Shown one piece after another: positions 13,601 through 28,450 of a stretch of DNA of 64,000 nt. Positions within the stretch are counted from its first letter, which is position 1, and each line of letters starts with the position of its first letter. Origin of the DNA: Eledone cirrhosa (taxonomy: Eukaryota); the NCBI GenBank assembly GCA_964016885.1, contig OZ024746.1, forward strand, positions 37,572,001 to 37,636,000, given 5' to 3'. The notes below the pieces were generated by a model. It was given only the letters and a program-made list of their open reading frames with translations. It ran no database searches and had not been told where the DNA came from. The translations under genes were made by a program, and so were the position numbers.

Positions 13601-13662
13601 TAGAGATAGATTGCTGGACACATAACCCGTATCAGCTTGGCATGGCAGTTACAATGTACCTA

Positions 13663-14248
<586 letters not shown>

Positions 14249-14304
14249 TATATATATATATATACGATATTAACAAATGGAAACTATATTTATAAAACCA
14301 TATT

Positions 14305-14369
14305 TATTTCATTATCCATATTTCAACGATACCAAGTTAAATTATGGTATGCCTTCATCAGACAAAATA
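14305..14369 (-). ncRNA. Type I hammerhead ribozyme
   Basis: Inverted copy of 14472-14536 with CUGAUGA and GAAA intact. Confidence 0.75.
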
Positions 14370-14471
14370 CAATATATACCAGTTTTATAAATAAACATTG
14401 ACGTACCCTTTCAAAATGCGACCGTTACTTTTGGAAGCCATCAGGATAGTTTATAAAACTGGTATATATTG

Positions 14472-14536
14472 TATTTTGTCTGATGAAGGCATACCATAAT
14501 TTAACTTGGTATCCTTGAAATATGTATAATGAAATA
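14472..14536 (+). ncRNA. Type I hammerhead ribozyme
   Basis: tattttgt-CUGAUGA-aggcatacca..tggtatcctt-GAAA-tatgta-UA-atgaaata. Confidence 0.85.
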
Positions 14537-14667
14537 AATATGGTTTTATAAATATAGTTTCCATTTGTTAATATCGTATATCTACTCCAAATACTTGTCG
14601 AGTGCTTTATATCAGTTATAAAAAATATTTACTTGTTGTATCCCAACAATTTAAATAGAACGTTTGC

Positions 14668-14719
<52 letters not shown>

Positions 14720-14723
<4 letters not shown>

Positions 14724-16085
14724 ACAGGAGGCTGGACTGGTGTAATTCCTTGAAGGGTTATTATACTATAAACATTTCAATGACCGGGTTCAGTATGAAT
14801 CCGGTGACATCATCACGTATTCCGAAATTTAACAAAGGAATATAATAGACACAATCCAAGGGACTGAAAAAGCAGAGAGATGCCCAAGACGGTAAGGCGG
14901 TAATAAAATTACCAGTTGCCAGTCCGGTGGCCACCTTCAAGTGAGGGAACAACTAAGTCCTGTCATGTTTTTCTGGCAAAGGGCCGTAAGCTTATAGTGC
15001 GCTACTACCACCTTGTCATGGACATAGACTAGGGTGGGATCAGGTTACATAGAAGTTATTCAGAAGTGTTAAAAAGTGCTAAGAAATATATTTAAAAAAG
15101 AAGATATATACCTTTAACAAAAATATATATAGTGGGCGCCTGTAGAGTAGATGTTTAATTGTAGGGTCAGAAATTACGATTAAAGATTAGAAATAAAGAT
15201 ATAATTGAAGATAAGATTAGAAAAGTAAGATTAAGCCCATGTTTAAGAGTACCGTTTGGCGGTTAATAACCAGCGACGTGGCGGACTCCTAACCAATTTA
15301 GGATCCAATGGCGTCTCAAACGTTCCGAGTATTTTCGTTTCCCGAAAGAAAGGGAAATTTATTTTTTCAAGCATTCCAGGAAGGTTAACTATCTCAAGCG
15401 CCGGGGGCTGATCATCGCGTATACCAAACCATTATTAGTTATTCACATTAGTGGGGGATTTAGTTACAGAACTAGTAGAAGGAGACATGATACATTTTTA
15501 GGGTAGAATTTTAAAGTTAGGATTAAGATTAGAATTTAAGAGTACTGTTTGGCGGTCAATAACCGGTGGGATGGCGGATCCCAAGCCAGCCCACGGCCCA
15601 AGGGCGTAATAGACGTTCTGAGTTTTTTCGTTTACGGAAAAAAAGGGGAAATTTATTTTTCCAGGCACTCTAGGAAGGTTGATCGACCCAAGGGCTGGGC
15701 GTCCAAGCGGGAAGGCCTCCACATCCATCGGATCATCGCGTTACCGAACGATCATTAGTTATTCACACCCGTGGTCTGAAGTTTAAAAGTGATAAAATCT
15801 GATAAAATAGGTAAGGGGACTATATTCAGTCCCAAGATAGCCCGGGTTATTTGAATGTATATGCATTGTGATTCCTAAGTGGGTAGGGGGAGTGATTAAA
15901 GATAAACATATATAAAGGATACAGAAAGTAATATTCTAGTGTCGTGTGCTAATTTTAGGTAACAGATGAGTATAAGGATAAGTATAGAATATTGTGAATA
16001 AATACATAAATAAAATGCAGTCGTAATTGGGGGAGTAAAAATGGAAGTAAATAAGAACATATCGAAGAAATCAATATATAAATAA

Positions 16086-16090
<5 letters not shown>
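14720..16090 (-). mobile_element. Probable non-autonomous PLE-type insertion with HHR-like motif at 14763-14820 and two internal ~220-bp diverged repeats
   Basis: Reverse complement reads atac-GUGAUGA-stem II-GAAA-tgttta-UA-gtat (C3 mutated). Repeats at 15245-15450 and 15537-15770; bounded by (TA)n. Confidence 0.55.
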
Positions 16091-16157
<67 letters not shown>

Positions 16158-16163
<6 letters not shown>

Positions 16164-16328
16164 GTGAAGTTTTTTACAAAATGAAATATAACCGAGGTGT
16201 CCTACACGGGTAAAAGTATGAAGAAAAAAAGATGAAATCTAAAATGCAACTGGAGTCTTATTTTTTAAAAAATATATATATTTATTTGGTTCCTTTACCT
16301 GTTTCGCAGTTCTTCTGCTTTTCAGAAT
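16158..16328 (-). mobile_element. pLTR-tail fragment, same family as 45700-46056
   Basis: tagaaagtga..aaccgaggtgtcctacac..gtttcgcagttcttctgcttttca is shared. Confidence 0.8.
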
Positions 16329-16502
16329 AAATATATATATATTACCCACTCTATTACCCACTCTACTACCCTAAGTATTGAGTACTTTGGTGCGTTATGG
16401 TCCACCTGGTTCCTTACCACATTTCCTTCGTTATATATATATATATATGACAAAAACCACAGATATATGTGACAAAAACCACCATATATATGACAAAAAC
16501 GA

Positions 16503-16588
<86 letters not shown>

Positions 16589-17182
16589 CAGGTTTACATG
16601 GTTTGTTATACAAAAAAGTTTTTAATCACATAGCTTACATTTGTTTCACTGAACTGGTATGTCTAGAGATCGCTATTCGCTTAATTTTGCGTTACTCGAT
16701 CGCCAATACAGAATTATAACCAGTCAGATCTTCGGAGCATGCGAGAATGAAGAAAATACACAGGCAAGAAAAGAAAAGAAAATACAGGCTACTATATGAA
16801 GTAGTAATGGCATTCAATTAGAACAATAACAACAATTACAACAATGCTATCAATAAATTATTTAAGGAGACCCTGACATTATTTAGGTGGGGGGTATATA
16901 ATGCATCTAATGTTACGGCGTGTAAAACTAGCTGCGATAAGGGAAAATGAAGCGTTGGCATGTACAAAGTATCGTAGTGTATATCAATTTTAAATTATAA
17001 AGATAAGCTAGTTTTTACAGTCTTTCTCTTCATCTTCAACAGTATACATGAGTGGGACCACTATCAAAGCTAAATAGTTGTTGAGTTAATACAGAGGTTA
17101 ACGAATTAATATACGCATATATTTACGCGCACACACACACACAAACACACTCACACACATATATATATACACACATATACAC

Positions 17183-19190
17183 ATTCAGCGTGAACTACAT
17201 AAAAAATATAAAAAAACAAATGAATCTACACTCTCCAGCATTAACATGGAGGGCCTCAAGATAGGACCGAACCGCTAACCCCGTGCAACCCTACATTTAA
17301 CGTGAAGGATCACAAAAATAACTTTGAAACTAATCCCACCATTAGATTAATATGCCCATCCAAGTCAGAGATAGGTAAAATTAGCAAGAACATTCTAGAT
17401 AGGGTAATCGCACAAATAAAGGGTAAACTAGAAATCAATTTATGGGTCAACACTAACGAGGCAATTAAATGGTTCAATAAAATACAAAATAGGGAGACGT
17501 GTAACTTCATACAATTTGATATAGACGACTATTATGCATCCATATCCCCAGCTACCCTAGATAAGGCGCTTATATTTGCCCAAAATAACTCTGATCTTAC
17601 CCATGATGAAATTGAAATAATAATTGTTTCTACTTTAGGCACAAGGCCAGCAATTACCCGGTACATTACTGGTACTTTATTTTAATAATAGCGGCTAGAA
17701 GGACTATCATAAAATTTGAAAATAACTACTGGGTAAGAAAGGATAGAATAAATATAACAATGGGATCAAATGATTCTGCGCAAATCACAGATATCGTGGC
17801 GATATTCATAGCACACAACCGACATAAGGAATTCAGTAACGTCCAAGGAGGAATGTATAGGGACGACACGTTACTTATAGCTAGGAACCTAAACAACCAG
17901 TGCATGGAAAGACTAAGAAAGAATATTAGAATATTCTTCAAAATACTAGGCCTAAGTATTACCTACGAACTAAACCATAAGAAGGTAAATTTTCTAGATG
18001 TAACTCTAAATCTAAATACTGGATTAATAGAACCTTTCCACAAAAATAATGAAAATCTTGCCTACATTAGTTACCACTCAAATCACCCCAAATCCATAAT
18101 TAAATCCATAGCACGTAGTATATCCCTCCGAATATCCCGCTTATCCTCAAACCTAGAAATCTTTAACGAGCATGCTCACTATTATAATGCAGCATTAAGT
18201 AGGGCCGGTCATAAAGATAAACTACAGTATATAGTGAATAAGGACAACATAAACAATCCTAGTAATTACTACTCCAACCGCTCACATAATAATAGGAATA
18301 GCTTGACTAGACATAGGGTTAGACATGTAACACCTGGAGTAAACGGCCAAAACACTAATAACGTAAACCCAAGAAACAATAGAAGAAGCAGACAAAGAAA
18401 ATACCTATGGTTCAACCCAATATTCAACTCCTCTATAAAAACTAAACTGCCCTCTACATTCTTTAAACTAATAGATAAACACTTCCCTATCTCGCATAGA
18501 TATCACAAAATACTCAATAGATCTACTATAAAACTCTCATTCTCAACAGCAGCTAACATAGAATCACACATACGCAAGATCAACCACAGAAATATCTCTA
18601 GTAAATCAATTGCACCTATACATAAGCACAAACTCATCACAACATCACAACCACAAGCGCATACAAACGCGCAGCAGCAAAACCCCCATTGGGCATATAT
18701 CACAACCCACTTATAACAGAGTACTAAACAGGAATGTAAAAGCTGCACAAAATAGCACCTCAAACTTAACTGTCACCTCCCAGATAGGTGCCCATTGGCA
18801 AACAGATGTCTTGATTCGAGCCTGGTGTACATGTGCACTGTCATCTCGGGTAACTCTACCTGGAATTACATAGGATCCACCGCGGGTTCTTTTAAGAAAA
18901 GATGGTATGTGCACAGGCACTCAATGAAAAACCGTGCACTTATGGGTTCCACAACTCTCGCCAAAAAAATATTGTAATTGAAAGACAGCAACACTAACTA
19001 CAGTATCAACTGGTCGAAGTTGTCGGCTGCTAAAACCTATAGTACAGGGATGTCCCATTGCGGGCTATGTGATCTTGAGCTATTGTATATCCTTAGAAAT
19101 GTTAAAAGGCTACTTAACAATAAGTTAGAAAGATCTATCTTCTGCAGACATAGAATAGACACTAAATTCATAAGATTCAAACCTCCGTGA
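17183..19190 (+). pseudogene. Disrupted PLE RT-endonuclease ORF
   Basis: KDHKNNF, RLICPSKSEIGKISK, FIQFDIDDYYASI, MGSNDSAQ, YRDD, VNFLDVTLNL, WFNP, then YIGST..FKKRWYVH and CGLC. Broken by a SINE insertion, frameshifts and a stop at 18975-18977. Confidence 0.9.
17621..17683 (-). mobile_element. 5'-truncated SINE inserted in the PLE RT
   Basis: SINE 3' end flanked by aataat. Removing it restores EIEIIIAARRTIIKFENNYWVRK..ITMGS. Confidence 0.85.
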
Positions 19191-19504
19191 ATCGAACCAA
19201 CGTAACATAGCTTTAAATTAGGATACCTACTACCCACAGAAATATATTCATTAAGTATACTATATCCTTCACAAGTCTATACCACACATTTGTCTGTAAG
19301 TACCGCATCTACCAACAATCTTACTCCTTCACAGCTGCTGCCATCATTTGATCCTAAATCCTAGTTTTTCTCATTTCACTACAACAATGTTACTTTACCT
19401 TCTTTCTGCCATAATTACAATTAGCAGGCTTATCTCTTTGCATGTATGTATATTTTTGTACGAGTGTATATTGATGTATATGTATGTGTCTATGTACACA
19501 TGCA

Positions 19505-19553
<49 letters not shown>

Positions 19554-19959
19554 ATGTGTGTGTGTGTGTGTGCGTAAATATATGCGTATATTAATTCGTT
19601 AAGCTCTTTATTAACTCAACAACTATTTAGCTTTGACAGTGGTCCCACTCATGTATACTGTTGAGGATGAAGAGAAAGACTGTAAAAACTAGCTTATCTT
19701 TATAATTTAAAATTGATATACACTACGATACTTTGTACATGCCAACGCTTCATTTTGCCTTATGACAGCTAGTTTTACACGCCGTAACATTAGATACATT
19801 ATATACCCCCCACCTAAATAATGTCAGGGTCTCCTTAAATAATTTATTGATAGCATTGTTGTAATTGTTGTTATTGTTCTAATTGAATGCCATTACTACT
19901 TCATATAGTAGCCTGTATTTTCTTTTCTTTTCTTGCCTGTGTATTTTCTTCATTCTCGC

Positions 19960-20069
19960 ATGCTCCGAAGATCTGACTGGTTATAATTCTGTATTGGCGA
20001 TCGAATAACTCAAAATTAAGCGAATAGCGATCTCTAGACATACCAGTTCAGTGAAACAAATGTAAGCTA
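19960..20069 (+). ncRNA. HHR variant with CCGAAGA core and ~80-nt stem II (inverted copy at 16630-16740)
   Basis: gct-CCGAAGA-tctgactggt...accagttcagt-GAAA-caaatg-UA-agc. Confidence 0.65.
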
Positions 20070-20292
20070 TGTGATTTAAAACTTTTTTGTATAGCAAACC
20101 ATGTAAACCTTCTTTCCTGATTTATTATTACTCCAAGTGTTTACAACATAGGAATTACGGCATACCCGCAGCATCACTATGAAAACGCCTTGTTGAGTCA
20201 AACCAAGCCAAGCGTTAATATCATCCACTACCTGGAATACCATAACTGGACTTCACCTAAGTGGACTGCATTTAACTATTATTTGTTAATCC

Positions 20293-20349
<57 letters not shown>

Positions 20350-20356
<7 letters not shown>

Positions 20357-21790
20357 AGATCAAAAGATGGTTAAATGAGTTCCATGTATTTTATTATGCG
20401 CATTTCAAAAACAAACATCATCATGCAATTATATTTGTGTTTTCATCAGATAAAACAGGAGAACATGATATGAAGGCTAAAAAACACTTGTGGATAGTGC
20501 AGTTTTAAATCAACATATGAAAAGTGGTTTTAGATTGATGTGTGATATTGGGAAAAATATTTTATTTAGAGAGGGGGGGGATGATGAAAAAGGGGAGGAG
20601 ATGAGAGGGAGAGATGGGTGATAGAGAGAAAGAGATAGTTTTTATAACTGAGAAAAGATATAATGTTTCACATAGAGAGGTTGAGAACCGTTGGAAGATA
20701 ATGTATAAATTAAAAGAATTTGAAAATTAACGAAGGGAATTTATGTATGAAGATAGAGAGAAAAAATAATAATTGTGGATGAATATTCTAACGTCAAAAA
20801 AAGTGTATGTTGATAAGTATTGTGGCCATTTCAACATTAACGAAGAGAAAAAATTATTAAGGTTTGTGTGTAGAAGGATTTGAGAAAAATAATGTGAAGT
20901 TAAAGTTTGTATATTGAAGGAATTGATAATATGTGCGAATAAAGAGTTAATATGTATTAAGAATGAGTTCGTTGATGGGGAGAAAAAATAATAAATTAAG
21001 GATGAAATTGAGATTAAAAAGTTTTATGATAGAGAGAAAAATTTATAATAATTGCGGATGAATATTCTAACGTCAAAAAAACAAATGTATATGTTATGAA
21101 GGATTTTACAAGGTGAAGATAGAAAGAGGGTAATGAGTAAACAAGTATTATAGAGTGTATAATGCCCTTTGAAGTAAGGTAGGAAGATGGGTATATTTTA
21201 AAGAGGTGTATGTATATGTGCCTTTGAGAAAAGATTCTAAATTGATAAAGAATTGAATATTAACTGTATACTTTGTGAAAAGTCCTATGGAATTTATGCA
21301 GGCAGATAGAAAACAAATATGTACGTCTATTTATTATAGAATCTAGATTAGAGATAATGGTACATTTTTCATTTAGGCAGAGATTACAGATTTTAGATAG
21401 AGAGCTGTTCAAGTATGAGGATGCAGAAGAAACCTTCTTCCAAAAGATGGTATATTTAATGTTTTTGTCTTTCAAGGACCATATGAGTTCTGAGAGAGCC
21501 GTGTTGGTTCTTTTAAGTTTGTATTTGAAAGATGAATGGTGATTATAGAGACGAGCTTTAAAAGAGGTGGAAGTGGAGCCAAAATAGGTGAAGGAATTGG
21601 TGCTAGTTATAACTTTACATTCATAAATTAAGTTTTTATCGAGACAATGGTTGTTGAGAGGACATTTATTTTTAATGCGGCAGTTGCAATTAGAGAGATT
21701 ATTAATGAGTGACCTAGTGTTATCTATAGAAGGAATTGGATTGGAGAAGTTGTTTGCGATAAGAATAATAGGAATAATAGTTTCTATATA
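20350..21790 (-). mobile_element. 5'-truncated PLE: open GIY-YIG domain (21260-21720), 3' UTR and pLTR
   Basis: Manual translation: CNCRIKNKCPLNNHCLDKNLIYEC..YFGSTSTSFKARLYNH..CNLCLNEK..ICLHK. Confidence 0.9.
20387..20457 (-). ncRNA. Type I hammerhead ribozyme
   Basis: Reverse complement reads tgttttat-CUGAUGA-aaacacaaata..tgtttgttttt-GAAA-tgcgca-UA-ataaaata. Confidence 0.85.
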
Positions 21791-22076
21791 TATATATACT
21801 TATAGTTAACTATAGTTAATAATAGTTTCCATATATATAGTTAACAAACGGAAGTACAAAAAGACTTATTATTTTCACGCTTCTTAGAGGAAAGAGGAAA
21901 GAAAGTTCGACATGTCAGGCTTAACCCCTTCTATATGAGTACAACATAGAGACAGGTTCAGAAAGGAGAAACAGAAAAAAGGTCCAGTAAAGACACAAAA
22001 AAACGAAAATGAAAATGGAAAAAAAGAAAACCGTTACGTAGTCTCGGTAACGAATAGGAAAACTAAAAGTGTGCAG

Positions 22077-22112
22077 ATGTGTGTGTGTGTTTGAGAGAGA
22101 GAGGGATAGAGA

Positions 22113-22181
<69 letters not shown>

Positions 22182-22291
22182 GGAGAGAGAAAGGAGAGAA
22201 AATAGAAAACAAGGTTGCGGGTGATTGATTAATACAGAGAAGAGCAGTTCAATAGAAATCCAAATATGCTAGGACCGTGGCTTAGATATGA

Positions 22292-22333
<42 letters not shown>

Positions 22334-22368
22334 GTGTGTGTGTGGGTGTGTGTGTGTGTGTGTGTGTC

Positions 22369-22428
<60 letters not shown>

Positions 22429-22500
22429 TGTGTGCGTGCGTCTGCATGTGTGTATGTGTGTGTATGTGTGTCTCTGTGTGCATATATGTATGTCTACATG
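22077..22500. repeat. (GA)n and (GT)n microsatellites
   Basis: Seen directly. Confidence 0.95.
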
Positions 22501-23443
22501 AGTGTTACTGATTATAAACCAAAAGGTCTTGCTGAAAAAATGTCGATCAATTTTGCTTGCCAGTTAATTATTTCTATATTGTCCCTTCGTATTTTATCTT
22601 TACTGCTGGGCATTATAGGCGCTTCCGTATTGTTTCTCGTGATTGATATAGAAACACTGTAAATGTATTCGATAAGCAAATATTTAATTAATATCAGTCC
22701 TCATTACCTACAATAATTGGATTTCTAATTCGTAGTTTCTATTTGCCGAATACGTATAGATTGAAATAAACGGACAACGGTAAAATTACGAATGGAATTA
22801 AATTTAGGTTACGTATATGTAGTAATATACATTGATTAATTAACCACAATTAAATATTAAATTATTTTTGAGCAAAATACAGAGAAATATTCAAAGAGAT
22901 AAAGGGAAATAATTGGGTATAGCAATGGCTAATAAACTATAACAAATTGCATGTAACATTGTTATATATGTTAAATTTAGCAAACATAACTAGTAAAATA
23001 GTATAAGCCGAAGCTTAGTAAACCTAATATTATTACCACTAATCTTTACAATTTAATTTGAAATTTATATATGATTTTTTTTTGATTTTTATTGAGAAAA
23101 TAGAAAAAAATCAAATTACCCAGTAAAACGAAATTCATAAAACAATATCAAATATTGTGCTTTAACAATGCCAAATCTTAAAGAAATATATTAATATTTT
23201 GAAATGACAAACGATAATAAATCAAAATAATGTTAAAAGCACTCAAGCCGACACTCATTAATATATTCAGACACGCATATAAAAAATACACCCATACAGA
23301 CATCCCCAATATAGCAACTAATAAACGATAATCTATATTTTTAGAAATTTAATTGAATAAAGTATGTTCAAGTAAGATGGAGCACTAGCATACATAAATA
23401 CACAGACACACAGACACACAGACACACGCACACGCTCACACAT

Positions 23444-23995
<552 letters not shown>

Positions 23996-24139
23996 AGTAT
24001 ATTTGGCAATATACCGTATGTTTAATTAAAAACATTTAGAAGCCATACGCTATCAGTTTTAAAGTAGTGACTATGTCATTTACTTCTTTTCGGCGAAAGA
24101 ATGGAGAGAAGCAGATATACTGCTTCGCGCTGGTTGGCG

Positions 24140-24173
<34 letters not shown>

Positions 24174-24179
<6 letters not shown>

Positions 24180-24456
24180 GAAAATAAACCAAAGAAGCCT
24201 TCAATACATCAAAAGTCTTTATTAGCCAACAATGTTTCGTCCTATTAAGGACTCATCGGGGGCAATTAAAGCTATAAGAACCACTATCAGCCCACGAAAC
24301 AGTGTTGGCTAATAAAGACTTTTGATGTATTGAAGGCTTCTTTGGTTTATTTTCATAATTCTTCGGCTCTGTTTAATTACATTGAGCTATACCTTTACTG
24401 TCATTTCTATAATACCAAGAGGGTGTTTAACTACAACACACTCTAGTATTTCAATT

Positions 24457-24460
<4 letters not shown>
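24174..24460. mobile_element. Head-to-head pLTR pair with a degenerate minimal HHR at 24225-24263 (-)
   Basis: 24176-24240 is inverted at 24294-24359. Reverse complement reads CCGAUGA-gtcct taat aggac-GAAA-cattg-UU-ggc. Confidence 0.7.
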
Positions 24461-24509
<49 letters not shown>

Positions 24510-24518
<9 letters not shown>

Positions 24519-25383
24519 TTAGAAACACACATATACATGCGGACACACACATATACATGAATGCATCCACATGCAACCGTGAGTTAATGGTGCCAACCTT
24601 ACCGATGTTGCTCAATGAATGACTGGGACAGACCAATCCGGTTGAACTAGACTGAACCAGTATCAGAGTTAAAAATACATTATGAAGAGAGAAGAAACAT
24701 TTAGATATAATTAGTAATAAAATGTATCATACCTAAACTGCTCCTGGATTCCTCGACTACGTAGTTTCGTGGCATAAACAAAAACAGTACATCATAATGA
24801 TATAGAGCCTTTGCGTCTAGTTCAACCGGATTGGTCTGTCCCAGTCATTCATTGAGCAACATCGGTAAGGTTGGCACCATTAACTCACGGTTGGATGTGG
24901 ATGCATTCATGTATATGTGTGTGTCCGCATGTATCTGCGTGTTTCTAAATATATTATTCATAAATCCCTCTGGTCGACTAATCTTTGAAGTGTGGTGACT
25001 GCTGGAAAGCTGCCATTACTCATACTTCTCGACTCCTTTACCACCTCTTCTACGGCTTCGATATAAATACCCCCTCCGCCTCCGTGGTATTTTCTTCGGG
25101 GTTATAAGAGGCTTAGCTCTGTTTCTCGACCGTTATATCACGTGACTATCCCCCCCTCCGCCTTTTGGGATTCTTCTCACGTTGTGTAGACGCGTTCTTG
25201 AAGCTAGTAAAATGAGGTATCCTCTTGATAAGTCGGCAGACCTCGCAAAGGCTCTATATCTTTATGATGTACTGTTTTTGTTTATGCCACGAAACTACGT
25301 AGTCGAGGAATCTAGGAGCAGTTTAGGTATGATACATTTTATTACTAATTATATCTAAATGTTTCTTCTCTCTTCATAATGTA
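24510..25383. mobile_element. 591-nt HHR family, head-to-head insertion: (-) arm 24510-24815, (+) arm 24816-25383, HHR at 25220-25309
   Basis: Both arms align to the 34509-36740 monomer at different permutation points. Confidence 0.9.
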
Positions 25384-26462
25384 TATATATATATATATAT
25401 ATATATAGTAAAAGTAGTATTCAAAATTGCTGATATTAATTCAACGTACTTCTGCCTGCGTCTAGCTCACTCAGCGAATCTGCCGAATTGCCGTAATGCA
25501 GCTGCATTCAGCTGTTCAGAGTGCACACATTTAGTTAATAGCAGATAGAGTCGCTGTGTTTTGGTAGCGGTACAAGTAAATGTCTCAAATCCTGGACGAT
25601 ATCGTTTCTGTATATTACATCCGCAAAGTTCAGAAGATCAAGCTATATCAGTAGATATTTGCATAATCATGCTATTACACGACATCAGCAGGAGGACCAA
25701 GTCATAAGATAGGTCCATGCAGTGAGTGTTATCCATTACTGATGGATGAGATATCTAGCAGTTCTCGGCATTCTCACACTGCCTCTAATAAAAAGTAGAA
25801 GAATTCCATCGTAGAATAGATCAGGTGGTTTGGTGGTTGAATTCAAACAAAGCAATTCGGACCAAAACAAAAACAGTCTACCAGCTTCTCGTTTATGGGC
25901 ATATATACATAACGGTTTTTATGTATATATATATGTGTGTGTGTGGTTGTGTGTGTGGTTGTATGTGTGTATGTGTGTATGTGTGTGGATGCGCGTGTGT
26001 AAATTTCGTATATTTTATAATTATACGGTATGTTTAAGAATAAACGTTTGGAATGCCTTCTAGTTATACATATTGAAATGTTATCGGGTAGCACCCTCTA
26101 GCGGATTCCAGCAGAAGCAGCGAGAGAAAACTGTCAAGGCCCATTTCTGGTTCTGGCCGTTATCAGTACAGTAGATCCCATTTGAGATGACTCACCAATT
26201 CGTTAATTATATGGCACTGTTTCGTTGCATATCTGTTTATTTACATGAATACTTCGTACATTATACAATATCAACGTCAATATACAACGTCATATATGTA
26301 TACATATGGAAGGTCCTAGTATTAACCCCACCATATATATGCATGTGTGCGTGTGTGTATGTATGTGTGCATGTGTATGTGGGTGTTTATGTGATTGTCT
26401 GTGTTTGTTTTTGTGTGTAAATTGATGATTCTCCATGTCTATATATATATATATATGTGTGT

Positions 26463-26541
<79 letters not shown>

Positions 26542-26849
26542 CATCATTAATGACCATAGAAGAAAAACTGTGAGTAGAAGCTAAGTAAAGTTTAAAGATA
26601 TTAATGAACTATTAATGGTATACAAATTGTATTTCCCCTTTAAAGAACGACTCATTCAAATCTTGCAATGCCACTTATGTGTTAGCATATTACATACGTA
26701 TAATTTCCCAGTTGAATAGAATTATTAGAACCGTTAGGTATAGTAAATGATATCATTATTGTCTATCGATTTTGTAAACAGAAAACGAAATTAAATTATA
26801 TTTCTGATGTAGCAGGAGCTATTAGTCTCACGAAAGCAATGTTTCAAGG

Positions 26850-28450
26850 TGATTTTTCCTATATCCTGTTTGTCCTATACACATAACTTTACCATCAATA
26901 AGTTTACATATTTCAAAGGAGTTACACAAACCGTACTGTAAGATGCATAGTTATTTGAAGACGATGAAACCCCTGCAAATGAAATCCGTTTCATTAGTTT
27001 TGTCAAACAATTCTGAGTTTGTTGATGTATATACGTGCATATCAGCTTAGGATAATTGCCCTTAAAATCATTCCTATATGACTGGAAATGAATAAATGCT
27101 AAAAGCCATTCTTGCAAAATCTCTACGTGGCTATTTCAACACTATCTGCCCAGGAGAGCTACACACGTTTAGCGACAGAGGAAAATATATGCTATGATGA
27201 AATTTCTATCAGGAAATGTGTAACCACGAAATGGAAAGCGTGGAAATATGATCTTATGAACACTCTATTCACACTCAATTAGTGGCCCACAATATACTGA
27301 TACACAGATTTGGAATACTTGAGTGGATGCAACATTGGATCTGAATCATCGATGTTAAAGACCGAAACGTTCCAAAATCCACCAGAAATTTCCACATTAA
27401 CAGTGACATACACGGCCTCTACATAAATCGTAAACACGATAGCAGAGACTTAATATAAATCTAAACACCAATTTAGCACAGTTCCGTATACATCTGGTAA
27501 CATCTACAACGCACAATGCAGTGACACGTATCTACAAAGCAAGTGTGTTTACTCGAGTCAGATTACATCATGACAGTTGGGAAGCAGAGTACTCGAGAAA
27601 TACTCCTTATTTGATATCTAAAAACACACACCCAAGGAAATTTCAGGGTAATGTTGCAACGAATAAATGGAGAGAATTGTGCATATTTGTCAGGAATAAA
27701 TCCACCATGACTCTGTTGCCCAAATGCGTTAAAGTGAGAGAAATATAGATAAGTAAAATCTTCCATCCTGGACCAACAATCCGTATATTAATTCTCGTTT
27801 TTAAAGATATGCTTTTGCAATCCATGTATAGGAAATAAAATATCTGATGCACAAACGACCTAGATGTTTAATGATGTCATCACGATACTATCTACTTATA
27901 AAGGATGGTGTCTTGGTCAAAACACAATACAATGCATTCCGCATAAAGATGAGTGAAAAATCCTGTTACAGCCATGTGGAGGTCATATGCATAATATTTA
28001 AAAAAATAGTGACGGCATGCTCCAGTCAAAACGCCAATAAAATGCTATTGTAATAGACCAGCCATAGAGAGATATGACAGATAAAAGAAGACATGAACAA
28101 TAGTGGAAATCAGCTGACCAGAGGCTGTCAGTATAATGCTAACAGGTAGCGTCAACATCATCAAGATACCACTTTCAGGATGGCTATGAAATTTCATTGG
28201 GCTTTATTCTTCACCAATAATATCACTTCAACTCTAGTTGATATTTAGGAGACAGGGATGTGTACGGATAGCGATGTTCGTGAGATAATCATTACAGAAA
28301 TGTATAAGTGTATGATAACACACATGTTCTCTTTAGTCTATAATCTGTGCTAGCCGTGGTGAAATTATACACACTCAAAACTTCTATATTCATCACAAAA
28401 TTTATGATGGTAACCTCATTGCAGATATATGTCTGTTAAGAAATTAGTGA
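26850..28450 (+). mobile_element. Highly decayed Gypsy-like pol remnant (RT connection, RNase H, integrase Zn finger)
   Basis: Collinear degenerate motifs KAILAKSLRGYFNTICPGELHT, FHINSDIHGL, YTSGNI..NAVTR (~ADALSR), LLIKDGVL..SH; many stops. Confidence 0.45.

Larger units (their letters stand above)
14263..14668. mobile_element. Head-to-head pLTR pair with an HHR on each strand
   Basis: 14263-14390 is inverted at 14450-14580. Family also at 57675-58045 and 45170-45260. Confidence 0.85.
16586..20293 (+). mobile_element. PLE (RT-GIY-YIG, WFNP-type, possibly Nematis-like) with a ~600-bp inverted pLTR arm
   Basis: 16586-17185 is the reverse complement of ~19500-20125; both ends lie in (TA)n. 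Clade assignment is from recalled motifs only. Confidence 0.9.

Noticed and set aside
15560-15610. Twister ribozyme (ggatcccaagcc)
   Set aside because: The remaining twister consensus and pseudoknots could not be built.
16586-20125. DNA transposon with long TIRs
   Set aside because: The internal ORF is a PLE RT-EN and the arms end at different points, so the inverted arm is a pLTR copy.
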